DNA of 64,000 bases from Marsupella aquatica (lineage: Eukaryota > Plantae > Marchantiophyta): NCBI GenBank assembly GCA_973895155.1, contig OZ316896.1:3820738-3884737 (forward strand). The letters run 5' to 3'. Positions 11,199 through 23,952 of this stretch are shown piece by piece (position 1 is the stretch's first letter; each line of letters opens with the position of its first letter). The translations under genes and the position numbers were made by a program. The notes under the pieces were generated by a model, which did no database searches, was not told the DNA's origin, and was given only the letters and a program-made list of their open reading frames with translations.

Positions 11199-14100
11199 AT
11201 GTCGAAGGAGGAGTTTCAGGGAACTAGTGCTCCTGGAGATCCTGGTGTAGCCTTGAAAGCAGAGACTTGCGAGAAAAGACGCCCAGGCGGTGGCTGGGTA
11301 ACTACTCCTTTCATATTTGGTAATTTTGCACTCACCGCCTCCTTGATTTGTCTGTTCAATCTCTACCAGGTCACTAAGAGATCATTTTTTGAGCAATTCT
11401 GACAGGACACGAGACAAAACTAGCAGATAGGGCTAACGTGACGAACTCTGGATTTAAGTTAGACTAGCCCTCACCCGCCCGAGTTGAAATTCTTATAATA
11501 GTTACTTGCATGTGCACTTTAGGAATCGTTCCCGAAGCACAGTCCAATTAGTAAACGATATCCATCACAAATGCCTGGCGCAACTGTTGCATCATTCTAT
11601 GCGCCAAAGAATAAGTTTAATGCCACATAATGATGGTGGCTGTGTACTGGTTTTTGTAGGGTGCGAGGCGTCGGAGAGGCTGGCGGGCTCTGGTGCATCT
11701 ATGAACTTGATCACCTTCTTGACAGACCAAATGCACATGAACAATTTAAGCGCAGCAACACTTCTTAATACTTTTATGAGCTTGGCAACGGTCACAGGTT
11801 TGATGGGGGCCTTTGCTGCGGATGCCTACTTGGGCCGATTCAGAACCATAGCCCTTGGTTCCTGGATAAACTTATCGGTGAGCTGCCTTTAAGTTATTGG
11901 TCCCAGAGTGCACTTGAAATACATGTGCTTCGTTTATTTGAAAAGGTAGACATTGGTAGTTAATTAAAGCAGTAGAACGATTACTCAGTCTAGATCGTTG
12001 ACAAATAAAGTGAGTCTCTCAAGACAGTCTCCTCGATGATGTGACCAGGCCAGGATTCTGCAATTGACAGTTCAGTACAGAACTTGTTGAGCAAATGTTA
12101 TCCTTTCACGTTGACAACAACAGTCATGGCACCGTAATGTAGTAAAAATAGTAAAAATTGAGTAAAACTCCAACAACAATGCTCAATTTTTCATGATGAT
12201 CCAAGGAAACCTAGGAAATTTACTGGGTTACTCGAGAAGTGCATCCGATTATGGTAGGCCTGAATGCGGGATCATTCGATTAACTGATAACTCACGTTCT
12301 TAACTCTCAGGATTCTCTATTCCTTCTCCTAACTAACCTTCTCCAAGAAAACATATTTATAAACTGACAGAAAAGAGTTGCGACTTTTAAGTTGTGGTTA
12401 AATAACGAACTTCTTCTTGTTCGGTACAAGTTGTCCAGTATTGCTTCTCAAAGTCTCACTACTTGAAGCGGTGTTAATGTTTTTTTCTGGGCAAGAATTT
12501 TACCTTTGTTCAGTCTTTTCTAACGTGAAATCTTGAATTGAGGAATCGCAGGGGATGGTTACTTTGACCATGGTTGCACTGAGCCACAATCTGCACCCGG
12601 CTAAATGTGGAAAAGAACAGGCCAACGCAGGTACATGTACGAAGGCCTCGAGTATGCAGATGGGAATACTCTACATTGCGTTCACACTCATGGCAACAGG
12701 GTCGGGAGGCATTCGTCCGACTGTAGCCCCCTTCGGAGCCAGCCAATTCGATCAATCCCACCCTGAGGAGAAAAAGCAGCTGAAACACTACTTCCACTGG
12801 TATCCTTAAATGTACTCTCAACACCTGCTTTGCTTAAATACTGGCAGGATTATGAGTATCATCCCTCTTTGCTACTATTGCAAATGAATAAACATACGCC
12901 AAAGAGTAGGAAATGTTCCTTGCAATACCCTAACGTTGTGCAAATTAGAATGAAGTAATCAAGTGAATAAATCACCACGATTTTGTTCTTAACCTGGTAT
13001 TATGTCGAAAGATCACTATCAGTAGCAAGGATGTTCATGATGATAGATTTTCAACCCTTGTCGAGGAACTGTAGAAACTTCTGTCAGTGCTAGCTTCGAA
13101 ACATATCTTGAACATAAACCTTACCTGAGATATAACTATCCTCTAACTACGTACGATTGGGATGAACATTGACCACCAGGTATTACTGTGCAGTCACGTT
13201 TGCTTCCCTCTTAGCTGTGACACTCATCGTGTATATTCAAGACAACGTTGGATGGGCGCTGGGATTTGGAATTCCAACCATGGTCTTCGTGCTGTCGATT
13301 CTGTTCTTCTTCGGAGGAATGGAGCTGTACAGGTAACAATCAAACTAACTTACAAAATGATCCAGTCTTAACTATGGCATTACAGATAACGGTGCCGTAT
13401 GATCTTTGTAAGTCACTTTCTTGTATTTCCTTATTAGTAACGAATATTGGAGAAGCATGGTAGACGGTGCCTGGATGAGGGCAAATCGATTCGAAAGGTC
13501 GGGTCATTTGGAATCCACATAATATCTATTGACTTAGCACAGAAGCATTCATGCAATGTCCTTGAGAACAAACCCAGGTTTCAGTTAATAAAATATCTAC
13601 TCTAAGCCCAAACGGGAGTTTAGTCCTCATTGCATTGCAAGAGGTTTTGATAACAAGGGATGGAGCATGATTCACGTGAGCAGGGAGTGACTGAGAGTAC
13701 AAGTGCACCCATTTTTTCGCAAAGTGCTAGCTTGCATTGCCCAAGTTGACCATTTCTCGATAACCTCTACGCCTTCGCTCGACATTAAGATACGACTAAG
13801 CTTCTAAAACTTTTCTCTGCAAAACACTACAGGTACAACCCTCCTCGAGGCAGCGCTTTCACCAGAATGGCGCAAGTACTCGTGGCCTCAGTTCGGAAGA
13901 GGAACCTCACATTACCGGACGATCCGTCCAAGCTCTATCTTAACAGCACAAACGACGACGCGGTTCCGGCAGGCAGTCCCAATCTGAATGTCAATGAGGA
14001 TGAGCAGGTGAAGAACCCGAGCAGTAGTGATGACTTCGACGAGAACTGGACAACCGAGTCTAGGGCCCCTGGTGGACAACCAGCAGAACTCGTTGTTGCT

Positions 14101-17100
14101 ACTTCCTCTACTGAAAAATTCAACGCCGGCGAGGATGCTGATCCCGAGACGAGGCTCAAGGAGGAGAAGAATGCAGGAGTGTCCTCGGATCCAGAACAGA
14201 CTGCTCCCGCATCCAATGTGCAGAAGACTATCAAGGTTTCCAATATTGTGGGGACGGCAGACCAGAATTTCGAGCTGAGAAGGTCTAGTAAGGATGTCAA
14301 GGTCACTGATGAAGGCCCCCACCTTGAAAACAGTGAGGAGGCTGTGGCGGTGGTGCCTCATCATGATGGTGGCGACGAAGAGGAGTATAATCATGTCCTG
14401 CTACGTCACAGCGACCTATTCAGGTAGCCCTGGAGTCTCTTGGAATGGCATGTTTCTTTGACTTTTGTTTTGTGCTGCAAGAAAAGCAAATTTACTGTCT
14501 GAAAAAGTGCCAAAGTGCCAACAAAAACCTGGTAACTACAAAAAATCTAGAGAAACTCTGCACCTATGAGTGTTAGTATCTAATTAAAGGGAAATAGGGA
14601 GTGTCTACTCTAACTAAGAGCCAACTCGCATGGGAGCAGTGACCCTCTCACAGCAGCATATAAGTGAGAGCAAGGGAAAGATGCCTGAACCCCCTCAGGC
14701 CTGGCGCCAGGCGTAATAACACCCTAAGCATGATAACAAAACATTAGGAGTTAAGATACATATATATCACAGTGCCAAAAATTGGCTCTTGAGTTCTTGA
14801 CCTCAAATTTTATAACAAAACAAAAGCCCAAACATTACAGGGCAGCAGAAATACTGTTGTCAAACACAATCTACTTTACACCAATACTTTGCAATTGCGG
14901 AGTGATTGTTTGCCATGCATGTAAAGCTTTTTTAGGTAACACTAATTTATGACTGAAACCTGAAAAAATTTGCTTCACAGAGTTAGTATCGGTGACGCTA
15001 ATTGGTCTGAACATAATTGTATCCATTATCTCCCCCCCCCCCCCCCCCCCCATCAGTAGACTCTAGTATCTCTAGCTATTCGTGCTTTCTTCTGTCGCTT
15101 TGAGGAGAGCAAGTGGGATTGTTTCTCTTATTTTGTTGTATACTAATCCAGTTTGTTTGATGTTCAAATTCTAGCGCCCATCTGGAAAGGCGAAGTAAGA
15201 CTTTAAACTGCTTCCTAGAAATAATATGTGAGGGAGTCTTTTCATTAGCCTCCTTTTGCACGTAGGAGGCCATCAGTACATCATAAGTGTACTGCTCCAA
15301 GGGTATGGCTGTTGGAGCGGTATATAAGTGCAACAAGGATAAGTGCGGGCCACCACGTTCTCCACTAATATTTACAGGATTTCTTTGTAAATGCACCAAA
15401 ACTGCAGTTTGCATAAGTGCAAGTCAACCTTCACTAGAGGACAAAATACTGGCACTAAACCACTTATATACTCGTCTATCAGTTCATTAATGGGTGAAGC
15501 AAACTACAACTTAAATAGTTTCATGCACTTCCCCAGTTGAAATGGGAGGGCTGGGTTGAGAGGAGTCTAAAGTGTTTGACCCTACAAAATAACAAGGAAG
15601 TGCATATTAAGTGGTTTCCCATCAGCTTATCAAAACAGTGCGGACATGCACATGGAGAAGGGAATAAATTATATCCCATGCACTTATAGCATAATGCATT
15701 GTGTGAATAAATGCTTGTTGGTGCCGCCACTAGCCATATAAAAGGATCATTCCTCTCCTCTACGTTGAGACTTTGCTCCACAATTGCACTATATACCATA
15801 TTTAGTACCTCTACTGTACTTCTCTCTCGACTTCGGTTACATTTCCTCTGGCCCCACGGATTGTGTTTTCTCTGCCTCGGCTGGTTGAGTTTCCGCCGCA
15901 TGGTTTAGTTTCTGCCGCACTAGGTTCTGAATACATTTGAGGCACTCTTTTCACTGAAAAATATATTGAAAAAACGGTGAGAGTATGCTCCAAAGTGGGA
16001 CCTCTATCCTCTGTTGTATGGCCTGCTTTCGGTTTTCAAGGAAATGAAAACGGTGAGAGTAGTTTGATTCTGGTTGCAGGAGATGAACCTTCCTTGGCTT
16101 GATCAGCTAGGTCATGCTCTTAATAATTTCTTCAACTCAGGTTTTTGGATAAGGCGGCCATCGAGGTAGCCGAAGACTGGAAAAAAGTTGCAGGAAACGA
16201 CGGCCAAATTTTGAAGACCGCCAATCCATGGACATTGTGCTCAGTCCAGCACGTCGAAGAGTTGAAGTGTCTGTTGAGACTGGCACCGATGATGGCCACG
16301 TTGATACCTTTGCACATGGCCACGGCTCAGGGAAGCACTTACGTAATTCAGGTATTTATGGCCCCTAGCTCAGGTTCTCGTACCCAAGATGATAGACCTT
16401 CCAATTTCGGTTTCATTCTTTGTGATTATTTTGGACAGTGACTTACACTTTGTATGATATCGGCAGCAAGCTAAAACCATGGACCGGCATTTGGGAAAGC
16501 ACTTTATCGTCCCCTCAGCAAGCATGGCAACAATCTCCATCATCACAGTGCTGCTATGGATACCCTTCTTCGACAAGAAGGTAGTCCCTTTTCTACGGAA
16601 ATATACAGGCGAAGAGAGAGGAATCACCTTCCTCCAGAAAATTGGCCTTGGGACGGCCATCCAAATCTTGGTTGAGCTGGTCAAAGTGTTCGTTGAGCGT
16701 AAGAGAAGAGATGCTGCGATGCATTATGGACTAGTGAATAGGCCCCATGATACGATCCCTATCTCTGCATTCTGGCTGGTTCCACAATTCGTCCTGGGAG
16801 GTCTGGCTGAGAGCTTCCTGATGGTTGGGCACTTGGAATTCTTCTACTTCATGCTCCCCGAGCACATGACAAGCACCGGCTCTGCTCTGATCATGGCTGC
16901 CCATGCATCAGGCTCAAGCTTGAGCACTGTCCTTCTTCACATCACTCAGCTGGTTACCGCAAGGCCAGGGAATCCTGGGTGGCTGGACAATAACATCAAC
17001 AAAGCTCACTTGGATTATTTCTATGGCCTTCTCACGGTGTGGCTTGCACTGAATTTCGTGTTCTTCCTCGTTGTGGCCCGTTGGTACAAGAGGCACAAGC

Positions 17101-17153
17101 ACCACAATCAAACCATGCTCAATAATATTGACTTAATTATACCGCAACAGTAA
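11199..17153 (+). CDS. NPF: NRT1/PTR family (NPF) proton-coupled transporter, most similar to NPF3 type, 742 aa
   Basis: Exons 11199-11319, 11660-11877, 12552-12799, 13180-13332, 13833-14423, 16141-16351, 16467-17153; all introns GT-AG; 2229 nt in frame. Motifs: GGWVTTPFIFGCEASER (ExxER), GAFAADAYLGRFRTI, GSGGIRPTVAPFGASQFD, YIQDNVGW, FLDKAA, WTLCSVQHVEELK, WLVPQF, GHLEFFY, HLDYFY. Confidence 0.95.
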
Positions 17154-18480
17154 GGCTTATGGGAATGGATTTTCATCCTGCAATCTTTATCAGACACAAT
17201 GACAATTGTAATGGTCTCCAACTGCAGCGTAGGTAAAATTTTAGAGTTTGTAGTATATACTGTTTATAATTGCTTGAAACCACAACTTTCTTTATTGTAC
17301 AATTTTCAACAAGATAACTATACATCCTTGGTGTATTAAACGTTCAATTATTTTTAATGAGTTAAATGATATAATCCCACCGTTTCACAGGTCAACGACA
17401 TCTCCATCTGCAGACCATCATTCTCTTCGCCTAATCTTCCCCAAGCCCCTACGATTCCATGAGATGTTTGTCTGACACTTCTGCTCGATTCCACAGATAT
17501 TTTGATTTGCTAATGAGATGGGAAGTTTGAAATCAGTCCGAACGGCAAAACAGAAATTAATCTCCTAGCCTTAATTTTATTGCAATATTGATGTTCAGTT
17601 GTCACCCAGATGACCGCACTTTGCACCCAGATGACCGCAAATTATTGTCCGAATAGAAATGTCCGAGTCGGCAGAGGGATGTCAAGACGTGAGAACCGCA
17701 GCGCGACTGAGGTGAAGCGTCCAATCGAAAGTTGGATAGGAAGACACTGAGTGAATGCAAACAGCTACGACAGTGGAGGAATGAGGGAAAACTGGCACAT
17801 AGCATCTCACTGGGGTTCACATCCCATCAGGACGGTCGGTCTTCACAGAACCATTGGTCTTCGTCCAGCTAATTACAAAACGGTGTTCGAACTACTTGCT
17901 GTGTTTACAATAAGCTGGGTGAAGACTAATTCATGGGGAAACCGCAATGTAACACGACCATTACAGCAGTAAAAATCTCACACAGTAGACTACCAGAAGG
18001 CTACCACGTCGCCACATCCGGAATGAGTCCAGCGTCGAATTTGCACCAAATTGAAAAGCAGGCCAATTTCAAGCTAAGATCTCTCTTTGCGGGAGCCTGA
18101 AAATCTGTCCGTATCTCTTTGTCCTCAGTTGAAACGTCGTGACAGTCATCCACTGTGTATCCACCATCATCCAGAGAAAGTAGAGCAGCTCATCTTATAG
18201 CGCAAGACAGAAAGCAGCAAAGCCTGAGCTGAAGTTGCAACCAAAACCGCTGACATTGACAAAACACATACTTACACGAAAAGCAGACGCCATTGAACCG
18301 ACGACATATACAGTAGGTGGTTGTCTTCGATATCTGGGGCAACTGGACCATGATTTAGGGTGCGGTGATTGCAACCGCGGTGATCAGTATCACTGACATC
18401 GTCCGTCAATGTATAGTTAAATGTTCTTTTTAGCACCTGGTGTGAAGCTGATGATGCCAACAACATTATTTATCTCATTT

Positions 18481-18570
18481 ATGACCGTTATATTTTCCCA
18501 GAATCGTCAGATCTGGCTAATGGGGTCTATGGGTAAGAGGAAACTGGCTAGTCCTGAAGTGGCCAATACT
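18481..18570. mobile_element. Partial copy of the MITE-like family at 23259 and 33442
   Basis: Shares AATCGTCAGATCT, CTGGCTAATGGGG and AACTGGCTA with those copies. Confidence 0.45.
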
Positions 18571-18759
18571 TTTTAGCTAATGTTGTGCTAATGTTGTGCT
18601 AATATAAATGTTGTGCTAACTGGCTTAACTTTATATTTCGATGAAAGTGAAGCAAGCCAATCAAGCCAATCCACTCGTAACATCAAAACCTGCTCGGATA
18701 GAGTTTTGACTCATATGTGACTTGTAAACAAGCTAGTGATTCCGCCGTGATCAGTTGTG

Positions 18760-18970
18760 GCTCACTCAAACTAAAAGTGAAGCCACTCCTTTCTCAAAAT
18801 GGTAAGTTGGTGTTTGTGCCCAAATAGTGAGGGTGTTCTTCACAAAAATGAAATATCCATTGGCGGTTAGCTTATAATATTTGATTATCTTTACATTCAT
18901 TAGCAATGGAGTTTTCAGAAAAAAAATTGAATCTTTGTCAGGGAGTAGATTGAACATTGAGCTGAAAGAA
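18760..18970 (-). repeat. Inverted copy of the 7975-8215 dispersed repeat
   Basis: The reverse complement aligns by eye to 7975-8215, and the two ORF-track translations are also similar (IKYYKLT...FVKN.L..W). Confidence 0.75.
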
Positions 18971-19076
18971 AAATACACAAATTATCCAAATAAATGCACA
19001 ATTTTGCTGAAAATAAATGCACATTTTACAATTGGTTGATACACCTTGGGAAAACTATTCAGGAAGTCCTCTAAAC

Positions 19077-19552
19077 TTTTGAGAATGTGTATTTTGGGTG
19101 TAAAGTCCATGGGCAAAACAAACCACTCTGTCCATCCTGTATTTTGGGTGTAAAGTCTCATGGGCAAAACAAACCACTCTGTCCATCCTGGCTTAACTTT
19201 TTGTTTTCATCCTGGCTTCCATGGGCAAAACAACAAACCACTCTGTCCATCCTGGCGTAACTTCCTATTTCCATCCTGGTTTAACTTTTTATTTCCATCC
19301 TGGCTTCCATCAAAACAACAAACCACTTTGTCCTTCCTGGCTTCCTTGGGCAAAACAAACCACTCGGTCCATCCTGGCTAAACTTTCCATTTCCATCCTG
19401 GCTTCCATGGGCAAAACCAACCACTCTGTCCATCCTGGCTTAACTTTCTATTTCCAACCTGGCTTTACTTTCTATTTTGACTGATTGGGCTTTGGCTAAA
19501 CTTTCTATTTCCATCCTGGCTTAATTTTCTACTTTGACTGATTGGGCTTTGG
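19077..19552. repeat. Complex minisatellite
   Basis: Repeated modules CATGGGCAAAACAAACCACTCTGTCCATCCTG and TAACTTTCTATTTCCATCCTGGC in variable order. Confidence 0.9.
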
Positions 19553-19679
19553 CAGTACACGTTTGTGGTGGATTGAGAGGTGGCCACTCAATTGTGGTTG
19601 CGACGTGCGGGGAATAGAGCAGCTCACTTCTGAGCTGACCCAATAAATGCTGGACAATTGTAAACACTGTATGTCTTTG

Positions 19680-19791
19680 GTGGGACAGAGCTCCGCAAAA
19701 ATCTCCATGTACAGTCCTAAATCTGGACCAACAGAGTGGGACAGAGCTCCGCAAAAATCTCCGTGTACAGTCGTAAATCTGGACCAACAGA
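19680..19791. repeat. 56-bp tandem duplication
   Basis: GTGGGACAGAGCTCCGCAAAAATCTCCRTGTACAGTCSTAAATCTGGACCAACAGA occurs twice. Confidence 0.9.
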
Positions 19792-20836
19792 ACTGTGAAC
19801 AAAGCACCTGATTCTGTCTATTTGGGTGCCTCCATTTTGGGCCGTTCTAATCGGACTAGATTGCTCCTTTTCTGGGTCGATCGTGTCCATCTGGATTGCC
19901 CATGTTTGGGATCAATTTTGTCCATTTGGTCCTTGTCTGAGTCGTCTTCGTCTGGACTTGAGTCGCCTTCGTCTGGACTCGATCGTTGAGAATAGAAGAC
20001 CATACTGCACTCGACTCAGGTTTGGACAGCTGGGAAATTCGCTATCTACTATAATCAATTGAAAATTAACTACCATCGCATGGTCCCAGCGTAACAATCA
20101 CCTCGAGCCCGGACAATTCTTTCCCACTTCGAGACATATCACTATTCGGAGGGGACCACTCGTAAGAATCCATGCATCCTCATGCAGATAAGGAACAGAA
20201 CAGTACAAGAGGGACAGAAGAAATGCTTCATTGTACTACAGTAGTACTTGTGTATGTGTCGATTCTAAAACTAGCGAGCACGGGAATGATCAAGTGACCA
20301 AGTAATCAAGTAACCAACTTAATTTAGTGATCAGTGCAGTGGCATTGACATTGACATCGGAGAATTCAGGCGCATGATAGCTGAGGGTGTGACTGCAGAT
20401 GGATGCACATGAAGGCAATAAATTTGTTCAGATGGTCATGAGAACTAATGTTCACGATAATATTACTCTCGTTTAGTCTGTATCGCTTGCGAATGCCTCA
20501 AGCTCTTGTACGCGAACCAGGTCTATACTTAGAGTAAAGCACTCTTTTCTTGCTCAGTCGGTACATTATATACAAAGTACTTGCGACTGTCAGTCACAAT
20601 GGTATTCTCTACGAAAAACGCATCCACATCCTGATAAAATGGAAGTTTCCAATCCATCCCACTCCGACTTGAATCGCTGTCTACATTGTCTTTCTAAATT
20701 GTCCTAAATTGTTGATCAGAAACTACGAAATCCCTTACGAAATAAATCTCTGTTGTGGTCATTGTTAGTTGATACAAACGAAGAATCACCGATCAGCTGT
20801 GAACTTAAACGTATAGTCCCTAGCTATGGGAAACAT

Positions 20837-22510
20837 CTATGCTTCATACGCACCATTGTTATCGACTCTATTATCCTTCTTGCCAACGTCTCCGTCTGCA
20901 ATGGCGTTGTCGTCCTCTTCTTCACCAGAAAGGTCCTCTAACGACCGTCCTTTTGTCTCCGGAACGCAGAAAAGAGTGACTACAAAGCCGGCCGTGGCGC
21001 ACATGGCCAGAAGTAACAGGGAGTACTTGTATCCAATACCTTTGGAATAACCAGCCTGAACTGCTTTCTGGTGCGAGTCCTGGCTGGCGTAGAGGAAACC
21101 AAAAGTTCCCACGATGGCGCCTGCCTTTCCAGCTGCAGAGGATATTCCGTGGCAGGTGGACCGCAAACGGGCGGGGAAGAGCTCGGAGGGTATAATGAAG
21201 GTGGTGGCATTTGGACCAAAATTGGAGAAGAAAAACGTGAACGCGTAGAGGATAATGAAAGCTAGATGATTTCCATGCCTGAACTTGGTGCTACCGGGTA
21301 TTGTATGTCCCCTGAGCTGATAGAAATCGAATGCGAGAACGTACAAGAACGCACTCATCATGGCGAAGCCCATCAGCTGAATGGGCTTGCGCCCAACAAA
21401 GTCGATCAAGGCCACCGTGAACCAGTACCCAGGCACAGTCGACACCAACGCAATCAAGGCTTGTGCGCGTCCGATCATGTAGGTTTCCTGGAGAGCGCTC
21501 ATGGTGCTTGCGGCTGGCAACCATCCCACAGCAGTGAACAGTTGGTTCTGGAACAGATTCTGACTGTAGAAGGAGACGTCCAAGAGAAACCATGTCACGC
21601 AAGTGCCGAAGAGCTCCAACCCGTGGCGTCTGGCGAATTTCCTGGAGAACAAACCGAATTGCGTTGCTTTCCTTTTGGCAAATTCCTGTTGCAATTCTGC
21701 CTGACTATGAAACTCTGTTTGGAGCACTTTCCCCATGTCCAGGGCTGCTTGAGCTTGATCCCTCTCCACTAGGGCTGTGTAACGAGCAGTTTCGGGCATT
21801 TTAGATCTGCTGTAGAAGGTCAGGGCAGCAGGGACTGCTCCAAACATGAGCACCAACCGCCACACCCAATCTGCCTCCGGTACAGTGGAAGCCTGGCCCA
21901 CGACATTGAATGGCGGAGAAGGGAAGGCAGACTTGAAAATCGCAGCGACAATGATGCACATCGCAGCTCCGGTGAGAATTCCAATTCCCTGCATGGCGAA
22001 CACAGCCGCGACGAAGGCACCCCGAGTCTTTGTGTTGGAGTACTCACTCATAATTGTTGCAGACAAGGGGTAATCTCCACCAATCCCGAATCCCAGCCAG
22101 AACCGGAAGAAGCAGAGCGTAGTTAGCACACTAGTGGGCGTGTTCCTCATCGACAGCCCTTGCCCAATTGACGCCACCACCATCAGCGCAAGAGTGATTC
22201 CGTAAACCTTCTTCCTTCCCCACTTGTCTCCGGCCCACCCGAAGAACAGCTGCCCCACCAGAGTCCCGCAGAGAGCCGTCGCGAGCACCGCAATATTGAC
22301 ATTGACGGGAAGCGAGCCCGGCGTGGTGGGAGTGGAGGGATCGTAGTAGTAGATCCGCCCCAGCAATTTCGTCAACACGGATATCACGAACAGGTCATAA
22401 GCGTCCGTGAAAAACCCCATTCCCGCGATCACAATCGCCTTGAAATGGTACGACTGCGTTTTCGCCTTGTCCAACGCCTGCAGCACCTCGTTCCCTCTCG
22501 TCGGCGCCAT
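20837..22510 (-). CDS. PHT1: PHT1-family high-affinity phosphate:H+ symporter, intronless, 557 aa
   Basis: Signature [13 protein letters not shown], plus [38 protein letters not shown] and [14 protein letters not shown]. Confidence 0.98.
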   Translation of the reverse strand: MAPTRGNEVLQALDKAKTQSYHFKAIVIAGMGFFTDAYDLFVISVLTKLLGRIYYYDPSTPTTPGSLPVNVNIAVLATALCGTLVGQLFFGWAGDKWGRKKVYGITLALMVVASIGQGLSMRNTPTSVLTTLCFFRFWLGFGIGGDYPLSATIMSEYSNTKTRGAFVAAVFAMQGIGILTGAAMCIIVAAIFKSAFPSPPFNVVGQASTVPEADWVWRLVLMFGAVPAALTFYSRSKMPETARYTALVERDQAQAALDMGKVLQTEFHSQAELQQEFAKRKATQFGLFSRKFARRHGLELFGTCVTWFLLDVSFYSQNLFQNQLFTAVGWLPAASTMSALQETYMIGRAQALIALVSTVPGYWFTVALIDFVGRKPIQLMGFAMMSAFLYVLAFDFYQLRGHTIPGSTKFRHGNHLAFIILYAFTFFFSNFGPNATTFIIPSELFPARLRSTCHGISSAAGKAGAIVGTFGFLYASQDSHQKAVQAGYSKGIGYKYSLLLLAMCATAGFVVTLFCVPETKGRSLEDLSGEEEDDNAIADGDVGKKDNRVDNNGAYEA

Positions 22511-22645
22511 CTCTGCAGGCCTCTCAATCCCAGCTCCCGTCTCCCGACAATGTACTCAACTCGATCGATCGAAACCTCTCGATCGAGCTTCTTCGGCGCC
22601 CTCGATCGACAACAATAGACACTTTCCACCGCTTCAGCTCAGCTT

Positions 22646-22807
22646 TTACGTTCGATCGAACAGACCCACAAAGCCTTTCTTCCGAGTTCTGACCTTTGTG
22701 TCACACTCTCGATCTGACCAGAGACTTTGCACGGATTTCAGTACAGTCTGCTCTACGAGTCTCCCGTTGACTGGTTTTGCCAAGGGCTGCGATGGAAGCA
22801 AGCTCAT
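22646..22807 (-). other. Candidate upstream ORF (53 aa) in the PHT1 5' leader
   Basis: ATG at 22807 opens MSLLPSQPLAKP...GFVGLFDRT*, with the stop at 22646. It lies between the TATA-like element and the PHT1 ATG. Confidence 0.45.
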
Positions 22808-22862
22808 AAATGTCGGGCCCTCTATCACTCTATGTGATGAAAATAGACGGAGTGGGAGACTG

Positions 22863-22871
22863 ATATATAAA
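22863..22871. promoter_or_regulatory. TATA-like element of PHT1
   Basis: ATATATAAA fits TATAWAW on both strands, about 355 bp upstream of the ATG. Confidence 0.55.
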
Positions 22872-22925
22872 TGGTGGGAAATCAGATGAAATCAGGGATC
22901 TCGGCAGAATGCGGTATCTCGGTTG

Positions 22926-22933
22926 GGATATGC
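22926..22933. promoter_or_regulatory. P1BS (PHR1-binding site) in the PHT1 proximal promoter
   Basis: GGATATGC matches GNATATNC, about 55 bp upstream of the TATA element. This position is expected for PHT1 genes. Confidence 0.7.
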
Positions 22934-23258
22934 CGTTACTCGGATCTCACTGGGCAGTGTGAGGATCTCACTTGGGAAATGTGGCGAAGCTACGCGACAA
23001 CCTTTACGAGCTGTGGAGAGTCAAAAGAGCCAATTCCGACGAGAAATGTGGAGCGCTGTGCACATTAAAGAAACTGCATTTTTTTATGGCAACGGCGAGC
23101 ATGCGGCTCGAAGCTGCCCAATTGCAGAATTTTTCCTCTCTTTCCAGGTGACAACGCGCATTCAAAGACCTTTTTTTTATTCTGTTGTCTTCCGTGGGGG
23201 CTACTTCCGGGTTTGCGTCTTTTTAGAGTATTTTTTTAAGGATTTTACTTTTTCGGCA

Positions 23259-23480
23259 CAGTGGCGAATGTAAAGTGCGCCAAGGAGAAGATGCTCAAAA
23301 GATTCCGTATTTGATTATTTTCCTAATCGTCAGATCTCCCTAGATTTAAGGGTGACCGTTAGATTCTGGCCTGGGTCTAGGTGGAACACTGGCTAATGAG
23401 ATAGCAAAATAATACCAAATTTTCCCCAAAAGTGGGAAAAGATTTTTGGGGAAGTGTAATTTAGCCTATTTTTGCCACTG
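23259..23480. mobile_element. MITE-like element, ~220 bp, TIR CAGTGGCRAA
   Basis: Starts CAGTGGCGAA and ends TTTGCCACTG. A full-length homolog lies at 33442-33669. Confidence 0.7.
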
Positions 23481-23952
23481 CATGCATCTGTTGACCATAA
23501 TTAGTGTGTGATAAACACTAATTCGAGAGCGCTTATTTTCAAGGTATACTAGCAAATTAGTCACACTAAATTTGTGCTAACACTATTCCATGTGCCACAA
23601 TGCACATTCAAAAACTTTTTCTAAAATTCTGTTGTCTTTAGTGCAGGCTATTTCCCGGTTTGCATCAGTTCAGTCTAATTAGTGTGACTAACACTAATTC
23701 AAGAGTGCCTATTTTCAAGGTCTTCTCATGAATTAGTGTTAATTAGTCACACTAATTTTGTGATAACACTATGTCATGTGCAACAAAGTGCATTAAAAGA
23801 CTTTTTTATTCTGTTGCCTTTAGTTGGGCTAGTTCCTGGTTTGCATCTATTCACCATAATTAGTGTGATTAACACTAATTTGAGAGTGCTTATTTTCAAG
23901 GTCTACTCATGAATAAGTGTTAGTCGCACTAATTTTGTGCTACCACTATTTT
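23481..23952. repeat. ~180-bp tandem repeat with internal AATTAGTGT...ACACTAATT palindromes
   Basis: About 2.6 units here, plus a further partial unit at 23150-23220 on the other side of the MITE. Confidence 0.85.

Noticed and set aside
13912-14394. Minus-strand ORFs in NPF exon 5
   Set aside because: Antisense to a coding exon.
20837-22510. Assignment to the mycorrhiza-specific PT4/PT11 clade
   Set aside because: C-terminal-half residues match canonical PHT1s, and no CTTC/MYCS motif was seen in the proximal promoter. A phylogeny would be needed.
20753-22889. Plus-strand ORFs overlapping PHT1 (e.g. 21266-21772, 22407-22889)
   Set aside because: Antisense shadows of a long coding sequence, with no recognisable motifs.
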